Below the pieces are notes generated by a model that did not search any database, was not told the origin of the DNA, and worked only from the letters and a program-made list of their open reading frames with translations. Made by a program: the position numbers and the translations under genes. From Deltaproteobacteria bacterium (GTDB lineage: Bacteria; UBA10199; JADFYH01), in assembly GCA_015233135.1 (NCBI GenBank), contig JADFYH010000003.1, positions 43,021-107,020 on the forward strand: 64,000 nucleotides of DNA, read 5' to 3'. The first letter of the stretch is position 1; each line of letters begins with the position of its first letter. Below, piece by piece: positions 18,374 to 28,745 of the stretch.

Positions 18374-21300
18374 ATGAATTCAAACTCCAGCATCCTTCTT
18401 GGCACTCTTCGTCCCGATTTATTAAAAGACGAAACCTTGGCCGAACTTTTTCGTGCCTCCGCCAAGACGCATCTTTCTAAGACAGCACTGATCTGCAGAG
18501 ACCAGGCTCTCAGCTATGCAGAGTTAGATCGCTGGAGCGATGCCGTGGCTGCCTCTCTTGCCAGCCAGGGCATTGGCCGAGGAGCTAGTGTAGGCGTTTG
18601 GTGGCCTCGGGGTTTAGAATTGCATGTCATTATTTTGGCTATAGTTAAATCGGGAGCGGCGTATGTGCCTCTTGATTTTGAAATGCCGGCTGAGCGGGTA
18701 GTGACGGTATTATCCGAAGTAAAGGCTGCGGCGTGTTTTAGTCCAAAAACTCTGGAGCTTAACTGTCCCACGTTGTCTGTTCCTCCTTTAATGGGCCCAG
18801 AAAATACTAAAATCCCCCTTCATCCCCCTTTTTCAAAGGGGGAGATTGGTCCTCAGTTCCAAGATTGGGCCTATGTCTTATACACCTCGGGGAGCACGGG
18901 AAAGCCCAAAGGAATCCCCATTACGCACAGTCAAATTTGTCATCTGGTTCGAGCAGAACAAAGCGTATTGGGGCTTCGAAGTGAAGACAAAGTGTATCAG
19001 GGTTTTTCGGTTTCTTTTGACATGTGGTGTGAAGAAACCTGGATCAGCTATCTAGTAGGTGCCACACTTTTTGTGGCCGATGCAGAGATGGCAAAGTCTA
19101 TTGATGAGTTGAGTGAGGTCTTGAGCAACAACAACATCACGGTGCTGCATGCCGTGCCCAGCTTACTGGCGGTGATCGACGAGCATATTCCTTCTTTGCG
19201 CTTGGTGAATGCAGGAGGCGAGGCCTGCACTGCTTCGGTACTTGCGCGTTGGGGCAAGCCTCCTCTCCAATTTTTTAATACCTATGGCCCCACCGAAACC
19301 ACAGTCACTGCAACAATTGCGGCCCTCAAAAGTGGAGAGGCCATCACCATCGGCCAACCTTTACCCAATTATGATTTGGCAATCGTCGATGAAGCGTTAA
19401 ATCCGCTCCCTTATGGCCAACGCGGAGAATTGGTCATTTCTGGCCCGGGAGTAGGACAGGGTTATATTAATCTCGTGGATTTGACGCGAGAAAAATTCGT
19501 AAAAAAACCGGCGTTGTTGGCAGCGATGCGGGGGGAAGTGATTTATCGCAGTGGGGATGCGGCGCTGATGGATGCCGAACAGAATATTTATATTCAAGGC
19601 CGTTTTGACGATCAAATCAAACTCAGAGGCTATCGCATTGAGCTGGGGGAAATCGAAGTGCGATTGAATCAGCTCCCTGGCATCTCGGCCGCTGCCGTGG
19701 CTGTTAAAAAAGACAAACAGGGTAACGATCACCTGGTGGCTTATTTAAGGAGTGAAAATCAGAAAAAAATTGAAGAAACTGAACTGCGTAACTTGCTGGC
19801 AAAGGAGTTGCCGGTCTACATGCTGCCTAGCCTTTTGGTGCAACTGAATGATTTGCCGCGCCTGGCCAGTGGAAAGATAGATCGCAAAGTTCTTCCGACC
19901 CCGGAGGCGCTGCTGCACCTTTCCGAAGAGACACAAGTGCCCCTGGATAAAAATGCCCCTTTGCGAGAGCGCGTCGTGGCGGTGTTGCAGAAGGTTTTTC
20001 CAAATCGAAGTTTGGATTTAAGCCAGGATTTTTTTGACGACTTGGGTGGGCATTCGCTTTTAGCCGCGGGATTTGTTTCCCGGATGAGAAATGAAGCGGG
20101 AGTGGAGCAAGCCTCTATTCGAGATGTCTATTTAAATCGTCCTTTGGCAGCCCTTGTCGAAAAATGGGAGACCAAGACCGAAACAAAGTCTGCGGTTCAA
20201 GACTTTCAAAAAGTGCCTGCCTGGCGCTATCTCCTGTGTGGCTTGGGGCAATCCGTTGCCTTACTTTTTATTTTTGCCTTGTTCGCGGTGCAAATTTTTC
20301 TGCCTTATCTCGCATACTATTATGTGCTGCAAGAATCTTCGAGTCATCTGTGGAGCATTGTCACTGCCCTTTTTTCCTTTTGTTTTATCCCTCCTTTTTT
20401 TTCATCGCTTACCATTGTCAGCAAATGGTTGGTGCTTGGGCGTGTGCGGGCAGGGGATTATCCGCTTTGGGGGGGGTACTATTTTCGTTGGTGGTTTGTG
20501 AAGACCATGCAGCGCTTGACGCCTATTGAATACATCAATGGCACTCCACTTTATGCGATCTATTTGCGACTACTGGGGGTTAAAATTGCTTCGGATGCGC
20601 AACTCAGTGCCTTCACCATTGCGGCAGAAGATTTGGTGACGATAGGAAAAGACGTCAGCATCAGCTCGGGCGCGGTCATGAACAATGCCGTGGTAGAAGG
20701 AGGGCTTTTAAAATTACGGGCCATCCATATTGCCGACCACGCTTATATAGGCACCAGCGCGGTGATTGCGGGAGGCTGTCGCATCGAAGAATGGGGGGAG
20801 CTGAAAGATCTGAGTTTTCTTCGTCCCAACACGGTGCTCAAAACCCGCGAAGTTTGGGGCGGGAGCCCTGCCATTCATCAGACCACAAAATCTCCAGAAG
20901 AATTGCCTCAGCCTTTGGAGGTTTCCCCGGCCACCCTCAAAAAATATAGCAAGGTGTACTTGCTCTTACTTTTGATTTTTCCTTTCACTATTCTGCTTCC
21001 TTTACTGCCCAGTATTATTGCCTTGAATGCCCTGGATAACTACGCAGCCGATTATGATTTTTCCTATTTGGTTCTTACTCCCTTGCTCAGTTTGAGCTAC
21101 ATCCTTCTCTTTGCCCTGGAGGCGATTTTTTTCACCCGCCTGCTACAGCATGGTCTGCAACCCGGTACTTATCCTGTCTATAGCAGAACCTATTTGAAAA
21201 AATGGTTTTCCGATCAAATCATGACCTTGTCTTTGTTTGTGCTGCATCCTGCTTATGCCACGGTCTTTGTGTCGACTTTGTATCGTGCCCTAGGGGCAAA

Positions 21301-22336
21301 AATTGGAAAGAATGCCGAAATTTCTACCGCCAGTCAGGTGACGCATCGTTTGTTAGAAATTGGAAATGGGGCCTTTGTGGCCGATGTCGTGGTGCTGGGT
21401 GAAGATGATGTGCGGGGGCAGCGTTTAACCTTGAGTAGAACTTCCATCGGGAATAACAGCTTTGTGGGCAACAGCGCCCTCATTCCCCAAGGTTATCATC
21501 TGCCCGACAACATGCTGGTGGGCGTGCTCTCGGTGCCTCCCACTCCAGAACAGCTGCAATCTTCAGATGCCAAGAACTGGTTTGGATCTCCCGCCATTCC
21601 TCTCCCCCGAAGACAAGAGAGTAAAGTTTTTCCCCCTGAACTCACGACCCATCCCACAAAAAAACGCCGCCTTGCACGAGGCCTGGTGGAGCTGATCCGC
21701 ATTCTCATTCCCTCCAGCGCGGTGATGAGTTTCAGCGTACTCTTTATTGCGTATGGGCATGACTTGTTGGTGGGGGATAGCTGGTGGCGATTGATCTATC
21801 AGTTTCCTCTCTATTATCTTTTTTTCGTGGGAATTCCCTCACTGCTGGTGACTGTTATTTTAAAATGGTTGTTGATTGGAAAACATCGTCCCGCTCAAGT
21901 TCCCTTATGGAGTTGGAAAGTGTGGTGCAGCGAAGCCATTACCTCTACCTACGAAGCCTTAACCGTTCCTTTTTTGCTGGAATATTTGCAGGGGACCCCC
22001 TGGCTACCATTGGTACTGCGTTTGTTTGGTGTTCGAACGGGAAAACGCGTCTGGCTCAATACCACCGATATCACCGAATTTGATGTGGTAAACATTGGCG
22101 ATGATGCAGCCCTCAACGACGAAAGCGGCCCTCAAACTCATTTGTTTGAAGATCGGGTAATGAAAATCGGCCCCGTAAAAATAGGAGCCCGCAGCAGCAT
22201 TGGCGCCCGGTCGGTAGTCTTGTACGATAGCTATGTAGGAGAAGATAGCAATCTGGAAGCCCTTTCGCTGGTGATGAAAGGAGAGAATCTCCCAGCGCAT
22301 TCGAATTGGGGGGGGAGTCCGGTGAGGCAGGGGTGA
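18374..22336 (+). CDS. NRPS-like protein: adenylation domain, thiolation (PCP) domain, polytopic membrane region, and two C-terminal left-handed beta-helix (hexapeptide-repeat) domains. This is the architecture of the so-called NRPS terminal domain of unknown function.
   Basis: A-domain core motifs LYTSGSTGKPKG, NTYGPTETT, YRSGD, GRFDDQIKLRGYRIELGEIE and LPRLASGKIDRK. PCP motif DLGGHSLLA. Hydrophobic stretches after residue 640. Repeated hexapeptide-like I/V-G blocks in two C-terminal copies. ORF starts at 18320; the ATG at 18374 is an alternative start. Confidence 0.85.
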   Translation: MNSNSSILLGTLRPDLLKDETLAELFRASAKTHLSKTALICRDQALSYAELDRWSDAVAASLASQGIGRGASVGVWWPRGLELHVIILAIVKSGAAYVPLDFEMPAERVVTVLSEVKAAACFSPKTLELNCPTLSVPPLMGPENTKIPLHPPFSKGEIGPQFQDWAYVLYTSGSTGKPKGIPITHSQICHLVRAEQSVLGLRSEDKVYQGFSVSFDMWCEETWISYLVGATLFVADAEMAKSIDELSEVLSNNNITVLHAVPSLLAVIDEHIPSLRLVNAGGEACTASVLARWGKPPLQFFNTYGPTETTVTATIAALKSGEAITIGQPLPNYDLAIVDEALNPLPYGQRGELVISGPGVGQGYINLVDLTREKFVKKPALLAAMRGEVIYRSGDAALMDAEQNIYIQGRFDDQIKLRGYRIELGEIEVRLNQLPGISAAAVAVKKDKQGNDHLVAYLRSENQKKIEETELRNLLAKELPVYMLPSLLVQLNDLPRLASGKIDRKVLPTPEALLHLSEETQVPLDKNAPLRERVVAVLQKVFPNRSLDLSQDFFDDLGGHSLLAAGFVSRMRNEAGVEQASIRDVYLNRPLAALVEKWETKTETKSAVQDFQKVPAWRYLLCGLGQSVALLFIFALFAVQIFLPYLAYYYVLQESSSHLWSIVTALFSFCFIPPFFSSLTIVSKWLVLGRVRAGDYPLWGGYYFRWWFVKTMQRLTPIEYINGTPLYAIYLRLLGVKIASDAQLSAFTIAAEDLVTIGKDVSISSGAVMNNAVVEGGLLKLRAIHIADHAYIGTSAVIAGGCRIEEWGELKDLSFLRPNTVLKTREVWGGSPAIHQTTKSPEELPQPLEVSPATLKKYSKVYLLLLLIFPFTILLPLLPSIIALNALDNYAADYDFSYLVLTPLLSLSYILLFALEAIFFTRLLQHGLQPGTYPVYSRTYLKKWFSDQIMTLSLFVLHPAYATVFVSTLYRALGAKIGKNAEISTASQVTHRLLEIGNGAFVADVVVLGEDDVRGQRLTLSRTSIGNNSFVGNSALIPQGYHLPDNMLVGVLSVPPTPEQLQSSDAKNWFGSPAIPLPRRQESKVFPPELTTHPTKKRRLARGLVELIRILIPSSAVMSFSVLFIAYGHDLLVGDSWWRLIYQFPLYYLFFVGIPSLLVTVILKWLLIGKHRPAQVPLWSWKVWCSEAITSTYEALTVPFLLEYLQGTPWLPLVLRLFGVRTGKRVWLNTTDITEFDVVNIGDDAALNDESGPQTHLFEDRVMKIGPVKIGARSSIGARSVVLYDSYVGEDSNLEALSLVMKGENLPAHSNWGGSPVRQG

Positions 22337-22353
22337 ACAATCCTAATTTTTTT

Positions 22354-22953
22354 TCAAGTTAATGAACACAAGACGGGGAACAAGCTTTTTACCTGTTTTT
22401 GCGTTGCCTTCAAATCTCCCGAATTTTCAATAATCCAATTGGATACTTTAGCTTTTTTTTCATCCAAAGTTTGGGCCGTAAGACGTTTTTCTATTTCTTC
22501 ATCCGAAAGTTGATCTCGTAATTTGGCTCTTTGTTTCTGAAGTTCAGGCTTCGCACGCACTAGAATCAAGCCCTCAAACTGTTTATAGTAAGCGGCTTCC
22601 ACCATCAGAGCAGCTTCTACAATTACTAAAGGGATACTCTGTTTTTTTGCTTTTTCAATTTGCTCGGCAATTTGTTTTCGAACGGCGGGATGAATAAGCG
22701 CTTCCAACCAGACCCGCTTATCCCGATTTTGAAAGACAAGACCTCCCAATTTTTTTCTATCAATTTCTTGTTTGGAATTTAGAATCGAGGTTCCAAAATG
22801 GGAGACTACTTTTTTTTTGAGTTCCAGGTCTGTTTCGTAAATCGTATGCACGACCCGATCGGCATCAATAATTTGGGCCCCTAAGGCCTCAAACATCTTA
22901 GCGACCGTGGATTTTCCAGAAGCCATTCCACCAGTCAGCGCAATCACTTTCAT
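22354..22953 (-). CDS. coaE: Dephospho-CoA kinase
   Basis: P-loop GGMASGKST and the CoaE fold pattern. 199 aa. Confidence 0.9.
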   Translation of the reverse strand: MKVIALTGGMASGKSTVAKMFEALGAQIIDADRVVHTIYETDLELKKKVVSHFGTSILNSKQEIDRKKLGGLVFQNRDKRVWLEALIHPAVRKQIAEQIEKAKKQSIPLVIVEAALMVEAAYYKQFEGLILVRAKPELQKQRAKLRDQLSDEEIEKRLTAQTLDEKKAKVSNWIIENSGDLKATQKQVKSLFPVLCSLT

Positions 22954-23459
22954 TCCTCTTCTCCACTACTAAAGGGAGGCGGTGGCGGGAGTGTGGCGTC
23001 TAGCAGTGACTCTCCATTCTGTTCACGAGCCATGGCATCAATTTCTAGCAAAGTATGCAGCAAGGGGAGTACTGCCTTTTCACCATGGGCCTTAATCTTG
23101 TGCAGGAGCAGTTCTTTAAATTCTTCAGGGCTGAGTAAAAGTTGGGCGATGAGTTGTTTGATTTGCCCGTACTCTACACTTAAAGTTTCATGTAAATTTT
23201 TAATATTTGGATTTTCCAATTCCTGTTTTTTCATGGTCCAGGAAAGGGTTTGAGTAAAATCGGCTTCTTTCCATTCTTGAGTAAGCGCCGATTTCATCTC
23301 AATCAGTTTGTCATAAATTTGAGGATTATTAGGATTGAATTCTTCGGAAGCCTGGTAGGCCTCGAAGGCGGCCTCCCAGTTTTGACGGGATCTGAAGTCA
23401 TCGCCCTGACTTTCCAAAACAATTGCTTTTTGAATGATGTCTTTAGGTGTTTCGTTCAT
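22950..23459 (-). CDS. Hypothetical helical (TPR-like) protein, translationally coupled to coaE.
   Basis: 169 aa. ATGA overlap with coaE. No recognisable family. The plus-strand ORF 22993..23253 is rejected as antisense. Confidence 0.45.
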   Translation of the reverse strand: MNETPKDIIQKAIVLESQGDDFRSRQNWEAAFEAYQASEEFNPNNPQIYDKLIEMKSALTQEWKEADFTQTLSWTMKKQELENPNIKNLHETLSVEYGQIKQLIAQLLLSPEEFKELLLHKIKAHGEKAVLPLLHTLLEIDAMAREQNGESLLDATLPPPPPFSSGEEE

Positions 23460-23477
23460 GAGACCTCTTGTAACCGA

Positions 23478-24719
23478 TCAGCCTCCCTTCCAGGGACGCT
23501 GACCAGTTACCTCCCTTAAGTATTTGCGTAAAATTTCAGTTTTATTTTTATGAGGATCTCTTAACACTAGCTGAAGCAGACCCTGCAAAATTGTACCAAG
23601 TTTGGGGCCAGGCTCAAAGCCTAATTTTAAGAGATCTCTTCCTTGAAGAGCGAGATCCTTTATTTCTAAAGGAGGGGCTTCATCCAGAATATCTAAAATC
23701 TTATTTTGAAGGGAGAGTTCTTCGTCAAAAGAAAATTTTAAGTTCAGCCAGGGCTTGATTAAGGGTCTCCCTAAATGATGAATAAAAAGACGGATGTCGT
23801 AATTGCTGCTTTCATCCGTGATTTGCTGAGGCCAGAGTTTCAGTAGTTTTAAAAATGATTTGTGATTGATGCCGATGAGGCTGAGTGGATATTTGCTGAG
23901 CCAGGTCCTTGCAGCCTCCAAGTCCGATTGATCTTTGGAGAAAATGAAGAGGATTGCAAAAAGCGAATAGAAATTTTTTTCAAGAATATCGAGTCTTTTT
24001 ATAAGCCGTGGCCAACTCGCAATAAAAGGGGAGGTGAGAAGGTGCGGAAACAGATAAGGCAACAGGCCTGTTTTTAAAAACAACTCGAAGCCCAGCCCAG
24101 GCCGCTTACTTAAAAAAAGTTTTTTCAGTTCTTCTACAATCCGTTCGGCGGAAATGGTTTCGAGTAATGGGGCATTTTTAATAATGGATTGAAAAGTTTT
24201 TTCTTCGATGTGCAAAGAAAAACGTGTGGCAAATTGCACAGCTCTCAGCATTCGAAGGGGATCTTCAACAAAAGATTGCTCAAATACCTGGCGTAAAATT
24301 TTATTTTCTAAATCTTTTTTCCCTTCAAAAGGGTCGAGTATTTCTCCCGTTTGGAGATTTTTTGCCATGGCGTTGAGCGTGAAATCGCGGCGTTTGAGGT
24401 CTTCTTCAATGGCCAGGTCAGGATCTTGTGTGACTTCAAAATCACGATGGCCAAGGCCTGTAGAGCGTTCGGTGCGAGGAAGGGCAATGTCGTAATTCTT
24501 TTGATCTTGCTTGCATTTAAATTTGAGTACCCCAAAAGATCTGCCTACCAACTCGACATGGCCGAATTTTTTGAGCAGGTTTATCAGCTTGGGAAGAGGA
24601 AGTTTTCGAACCAGCAGATCTTGATCTTTGATTTCGATATTTAAAAACCGATCACGGAGAGAACCGCCCACTTCGTAGACTTCTCCTCCCTGTTCAAAGA
24701 TCGCATCGATAAATTTCAT
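23478..24719 (-). CDS. tRNA nucleotidyltransferase / poly(A) polymerase family protein (CCA-adding enzyme or PcnB-like).
   Basis: Pol-beta-like nucleotidyltransferase motifs GGSLRDRFLN...DQDL, RSFGVLKF and RRDFTLNAMA. 413 aa. Confidence 0.8.
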   Translation of the reverse strand: MKFIDAIFEQGGEVYEVGGSLRDRFLNIEIKDQDLLVRKLPLPKLINLLKKFGHVELVGRSFGVLKFKCKQDQKNYDIALPRTERSTGLGHRDFEVTQDPDLAIEEDLKRRDFTLNAMAKNLQTGEILDPFEGKKDLENKILRQVFEQSFVEDPLRMLRAVQFATRFSLHIEEKTFQSIIKNAPLLETISAERIVEELKKLFLSKRPGLGFELFLKTGLLPYLFPHLLTSPFIASWPRLIKRLDILEKNFYSLFAILFIFSKDQSDLEAARTWLSKYPLSLIGINHKSFLKLLKLWPQQITDESSNYDIRLFIHHLGRPLIKPWLNLKFSFDEELSLQNKILDILDEAPPLEIKDLALQGRDLLKLGFEPGPKLGTILQGLLQLVLRDPHKNKTEILRKYLREVTGQRPWKGG

Positions 24720-25829
24720 CTACATTAAATTGCTGTTGGTTGTTGTTTTGGCTTTTTGAAGGAGTTTGTCGGCGATTTGTTTTAAAACAAGATTTTTCTT
24801 TCGATTGAGCAAGTCGCCTGCCAGTTTGCTTTTTTCTTGGTCAAACTTTTCCATATCCGCGTCTTTTCGTCCCACGAGTTTGAAGAAAACGAGCTGATTT
24901 TCGATCGGATAGGCCTTCCTGCACCATGGATTTTCCAGGGTTAATTGGACAATACACTGCAAGGGCTCTTTTGTGTCCTTGATTTCAGTGGAGCCTACCA
25001 AGGCGGCGCGTTCTCTCAGCGAATAAAAACCCGTACTTTCATCTTTTAGCTCATATTTTTTCTTAAGAACTTCGATGGCAGAAGGTGTTTTTTTCTTGTC
25101 TTTGGGGTTGCTGGGTTGACTTTCAGATAGGGTCGAAAAGACTTCCTGTTCTATTTCTTTCGTTTTTTGCTCTTTAGCTTTTTCTGGGTTTGATTCTGTG
25201 CCAGCCTGAGATTGAATTTTATTTAAATCCACACTGTATTTTTCCAGATTCAACTCTGTCTTATTAAGACTGTATTCCTCTTTCACTTCTTCATCCGAAA
25301 CCTTTACCGAATCCCTGTTGAGGTCTTCAAATTTTTCGGCCAATAAAATTTCATTCAAATAATCTTCATAGTCCACCTGGGTTTGTTTGAAAAAACCGGG
25401 TTTGACTTGTTTGAGATAAAAGTTTTTATCAAAGACATTGTCTTTACTAAAATTGGGATTTTGTGTGATGGCTTCTATTAGCTCGCTTTTAGAAACCCGG
25501 ACTCCCATTTTTTTTGCCTCCTGGGCAAACAGTTTAATGCGGAGAAGTTGGTCGAGGGTGTCCTGTTTGGCTTTCTCTTTCATTTCTTCTGAGATATTCC
25601 CTTTGAAAATTTGTTCGTAGAACCGCATTTGATTCTCATAATTCATCTCAAATAAGCCCTGGGTGATTTTTTCTCCATTGACCTCTGCTAGGATATTAGG
25701 ACTGTTTTTAATCCCCTCAGCTCTTCGTAAGCCCGAAGAGCCAAAAAAGAAGATAAGGCCTATCGACATGAGTCCCAGTAAAGTTTTAGTAAGCCAGGAA
25801 GCAGCGTGGTTTCTTAAATGATCTAGCAT
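24720..25829 (-). CDS. Periplasmic chaperone, SurA N-terminal-domain / PpiD-like, with a TM anchor.
   Basis: N-terminal TM (LLGLMSIGLIFFF) followed by a helical SurA_N-like region. No clear parvulin core seen. Abuts the stop of the upstream minus-strand gene. Confidence 0.45.
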   Translation of the reverse strand: MLDHLRNHAASWLTKTLLGLMSIGLIFFFGSSGLRRAEGIKNSPNILAEVNGEKITQGLFEMNYENQMRFYEQIFKGNISEEMKEKAKQDTLDQLLRIKLFAQEAKKMGVRVSKSELIEAITQNPNFSKDNVFDKNFYLKQVKPGFFKQTQVDYEDYLNEILLAEKFEDLNRDSVKVSDEEVKEEYSLNKTELNLEKYSVDLNKIQSQAGTESNPEKAKEQKTKEIEQEVFSTLSESQPSNPKDKKKTPSAIEVLKKKYELKDESTGFYSLRERAALVGSTEIKDTKEPLQCIVQLTLENPWCRKAYPIENQLVFFKLVGRKDADMEKFDQEKSKLAGDLLNRKKNLVLKQIADKLLQKAKTTTNSNLM

Positions 25830-25883
25830 AGAGTTCTTTTGAATGGAGCTTGTATTTAAGTGTTAATTTTCTTTATTTCACGG

Positions 25884-25898
25884 GGGATAATGATTATC
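25884..25898. promoter_or_regulatory. Fur/PerR-family 7-1-7 box-like palindrome in the divergent intergenic region between the ppiD-like gene and mreB.
   Basis: ggataatgattatca matches 14 of 15 positions of the consensus TGATAATnATTATCA. It could also simply be an AT-rich -10 region. Confidence 0.3.
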
Positions 25899-25990
25899 AC
25901 TCGAGAAATGAAAAGCAATATTTTATTTAAGCCGAATGAAGGTTTGACGCCCGAGAGAGAAGAGTGATAGGTCGAAAAATTAGTTTGTAA

Positions 25991-27052
<1,062 letters not shown>

Positions 27053-27087
27053 GGCTTCTGTAATTGCCTAGAGAATGGTGACACTGC

Positions 27088-27951
27088 ATGTTCAGTCGTT
27101 TTTCGCGAATCAAATGGGGTTTTTGTTTTATCCTCCTCCTTTTAGCTTTTTCTCGTTTTTATGTCCCCATGGAAAAAACTCAAAATCGTTTTTTGGTTTC
27201 CATTTTTAATCCTCTCCTGAAAAGCAGTCATTTTTTTTCAGAACATTTTATTTCTCTTAAAAACTGGTTTTTTTGCTGGGGTGATATTTGTCAGGAAAAT
27301 AAAAATCTAAAGGATCAGCTACAAAGTAAATCCCTGCGCTTAATGGAGCTAGAAAGTATTCTTCAAACTCAAAAAAATTGGGATAAAATTCAAAACTTTT
27401 CTCTCTTTTCTACTTATGAAAAAATTCCGGCAAAGGTGTTGGCTTGCAACCCCAGCGATCTTATTCAAACGCTTCGAATCAATGTGGGGAAAAAACAATC
27501 GATTGCCCTCGGTGATCCGGTCATCGTTCCCGAAGGTTTGGTCGGGATAGTGAGCGAGGTGTATGAAGACAGCTCGGTGGTAATGTTGGTCACCGACACT
27601 CATTTTCAGGCGAGTGCTTCTCTAAAAAACAAAGTGCAGAAAGGTTTAATGAAGGGCTTTCATAAAAAGATGGATTTTGATCGCTACTTCGCGATGAATC
27701 GTTTGGAATATTTGCAAAATTCGTCGGATATTCAAGAAGGGGATGAGGCGCAAACTTCGGGCCTCGATGGTTTTTTTCCGACAGGCATCCCTCTAGGAAA
27801 AATCTCTAAGGTTTTGCGCGATGAAAAGAATTCTTTTTTGAATGCGGAGGTGATTCCTGCGGTGGATTTTTTTAGTTTGGATGGGGTACTGGTTTTGAGA
27901 AGGAGTATAGAGATCGGATTAAATTATAAACTTGAGTTCCGCAGATTTTAA
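27088..27951 (+). CDS. mreC: Rod shape-determining protein MreC
   Basis: N-terminal TM, a coiled-coil region, then the beta-rich domain GDPVIVPEGLVGIV. Sits between mreB and mreD. Confidence 0.85.
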   Translation: MFSRFSRIKWGFCFILLLLAFSRFYVPMEKTQNRFLVSIFNPLLKSSHFFSEHFISLKNWFFCWGDICQENKNLKDQLQSKSLRLMELESILQTQKNWDKIQNFSLFSTYEKIPAKVLACNPSDLIQTLRINVGKKQSIALGDPVIVPEGLVGIVSEVYEDSSVVMLVTDTHFQASASLKNKVQKGLMKGFHKKMDFDRYFAMNRLEYLQNSSDIQEGDEAQTSGLDGFFPTGIPLGKISKVLRDEKNSFLNAEVIPAVDFFSLDGVLVLRRSIEIGLNYKLEFRRF

Positions 27952-27995
27952 GAATCATTTTTTGCTCATTCTTGGCAAGTACCCATCTATAAAGC

Positions 27996-28100
27996 ATTTC
28001 CCCTCTCCCCTTGAGGGAGAGGGTTAGGGTGAGGGGTATTTCTAGTGCACTCAGGATCACCCTCTCTCTGACTCTCTCCCCTCAAGGGAGAGAGGACTTT
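27996..28100. repeat. Two adjacent GC-rich palindromic repeat units between mreC and mreD.
   Basis: 28000..28035 is cccctctccccttgagggagagggttagggtgagggg. A degenerate unit at 28061..28097 reads ...tctcccctcaagggagagagg. Both fall within the 5' extension of ORF 28011, which is therefore probably not coding there. Confidence 0.7.
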
Positions 28101-28184
28101 TCAGAGTGGCTTCTTACTAAAATCTGCGGAACTCAAGTTTATGTGTTACAGCCAATACATGGAATACGTGAATGTATAGGATAT

Positions 28185-28745
28185 ATGAAAAACCCCTTCC
28201 TCCTCTTTCTCTTCTGGCTTTTTCTTTTCTTTGCTGAACAGCAAAGCACTGCCCGCCTTCTTTTTTTCCCGGGTGTTTCTTTTGTTGTCTTCACTTATGC
28301 CTTGCTCAATTTGGAGCGTGAAAAGATACTTGGGTTGGCGATTTTTATTTTTTTTATTCGTGCAGTCTTTTGCTCTTCTAATTTTTTGGTGTTCATAGAA
28401 TTTTTCACCTTAGTCGTTTTACGCCTCTTTCTTTCATTTTCCCAAGGTGGAAAAATTTTTATGGAAGCGGTTTTTAGTTCTCTTGCTGTTTTTTTATCGA
28501 AGTTGCTTTTTTTATTTCTTTCACCCGAATATCAAATCACGGTGGAACAGTTCCGCTTGGGCGCTTATTTGAACTTGTTTTTTTCCAGTCTTTTGTTTTT
28601 ATGGATAATCCACGAACCTGCTGCCTTGTTTGAAGAACGTTATTTTTCCTTGGGGTCTAGAAAAGGCCAACTCTATCTTCTTAAAGCGCGCAAATTGCGT
28701 AAGCACAGACTTAGACGGCGTTTTGGTCTGAAAAATGATTGGTGA
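28185..28745 (+). CDS. mreD: Rod shape-determining protein MreD (polytopic membrane protein).
   Basis: ORF 28011..28745. The part upstream of the ATG at 28185 is repeat-derived, and the remainder is highly hydrophobic. Position between mreC and mrdA supports the call. Confidence 0.6.
   Translation: MKNPFLLFLFWLFLFFAEQQSTARLLFFPGVSFVVFTYALLNLEREKILGLAIFIFFIRAVFCSSNFLVFIEFFTLVVLRLFLSFSQGGKIFMEAVFSSLAVFLSKLLFLFLSPEYQITVEQFRLGAYLNLFFSSLLFLWIIHEPAALFEERYFSLGSRKGQLYLLKARKLRKHRLRRRFGLKNDW

Noticed and set aside
22993-23253. ORF 22993..23253 (+), 86 aa.
   Set aside because: Antisense to the 169-aa minus-strand ORF that is translationally coupled (ATGA) to coaE.
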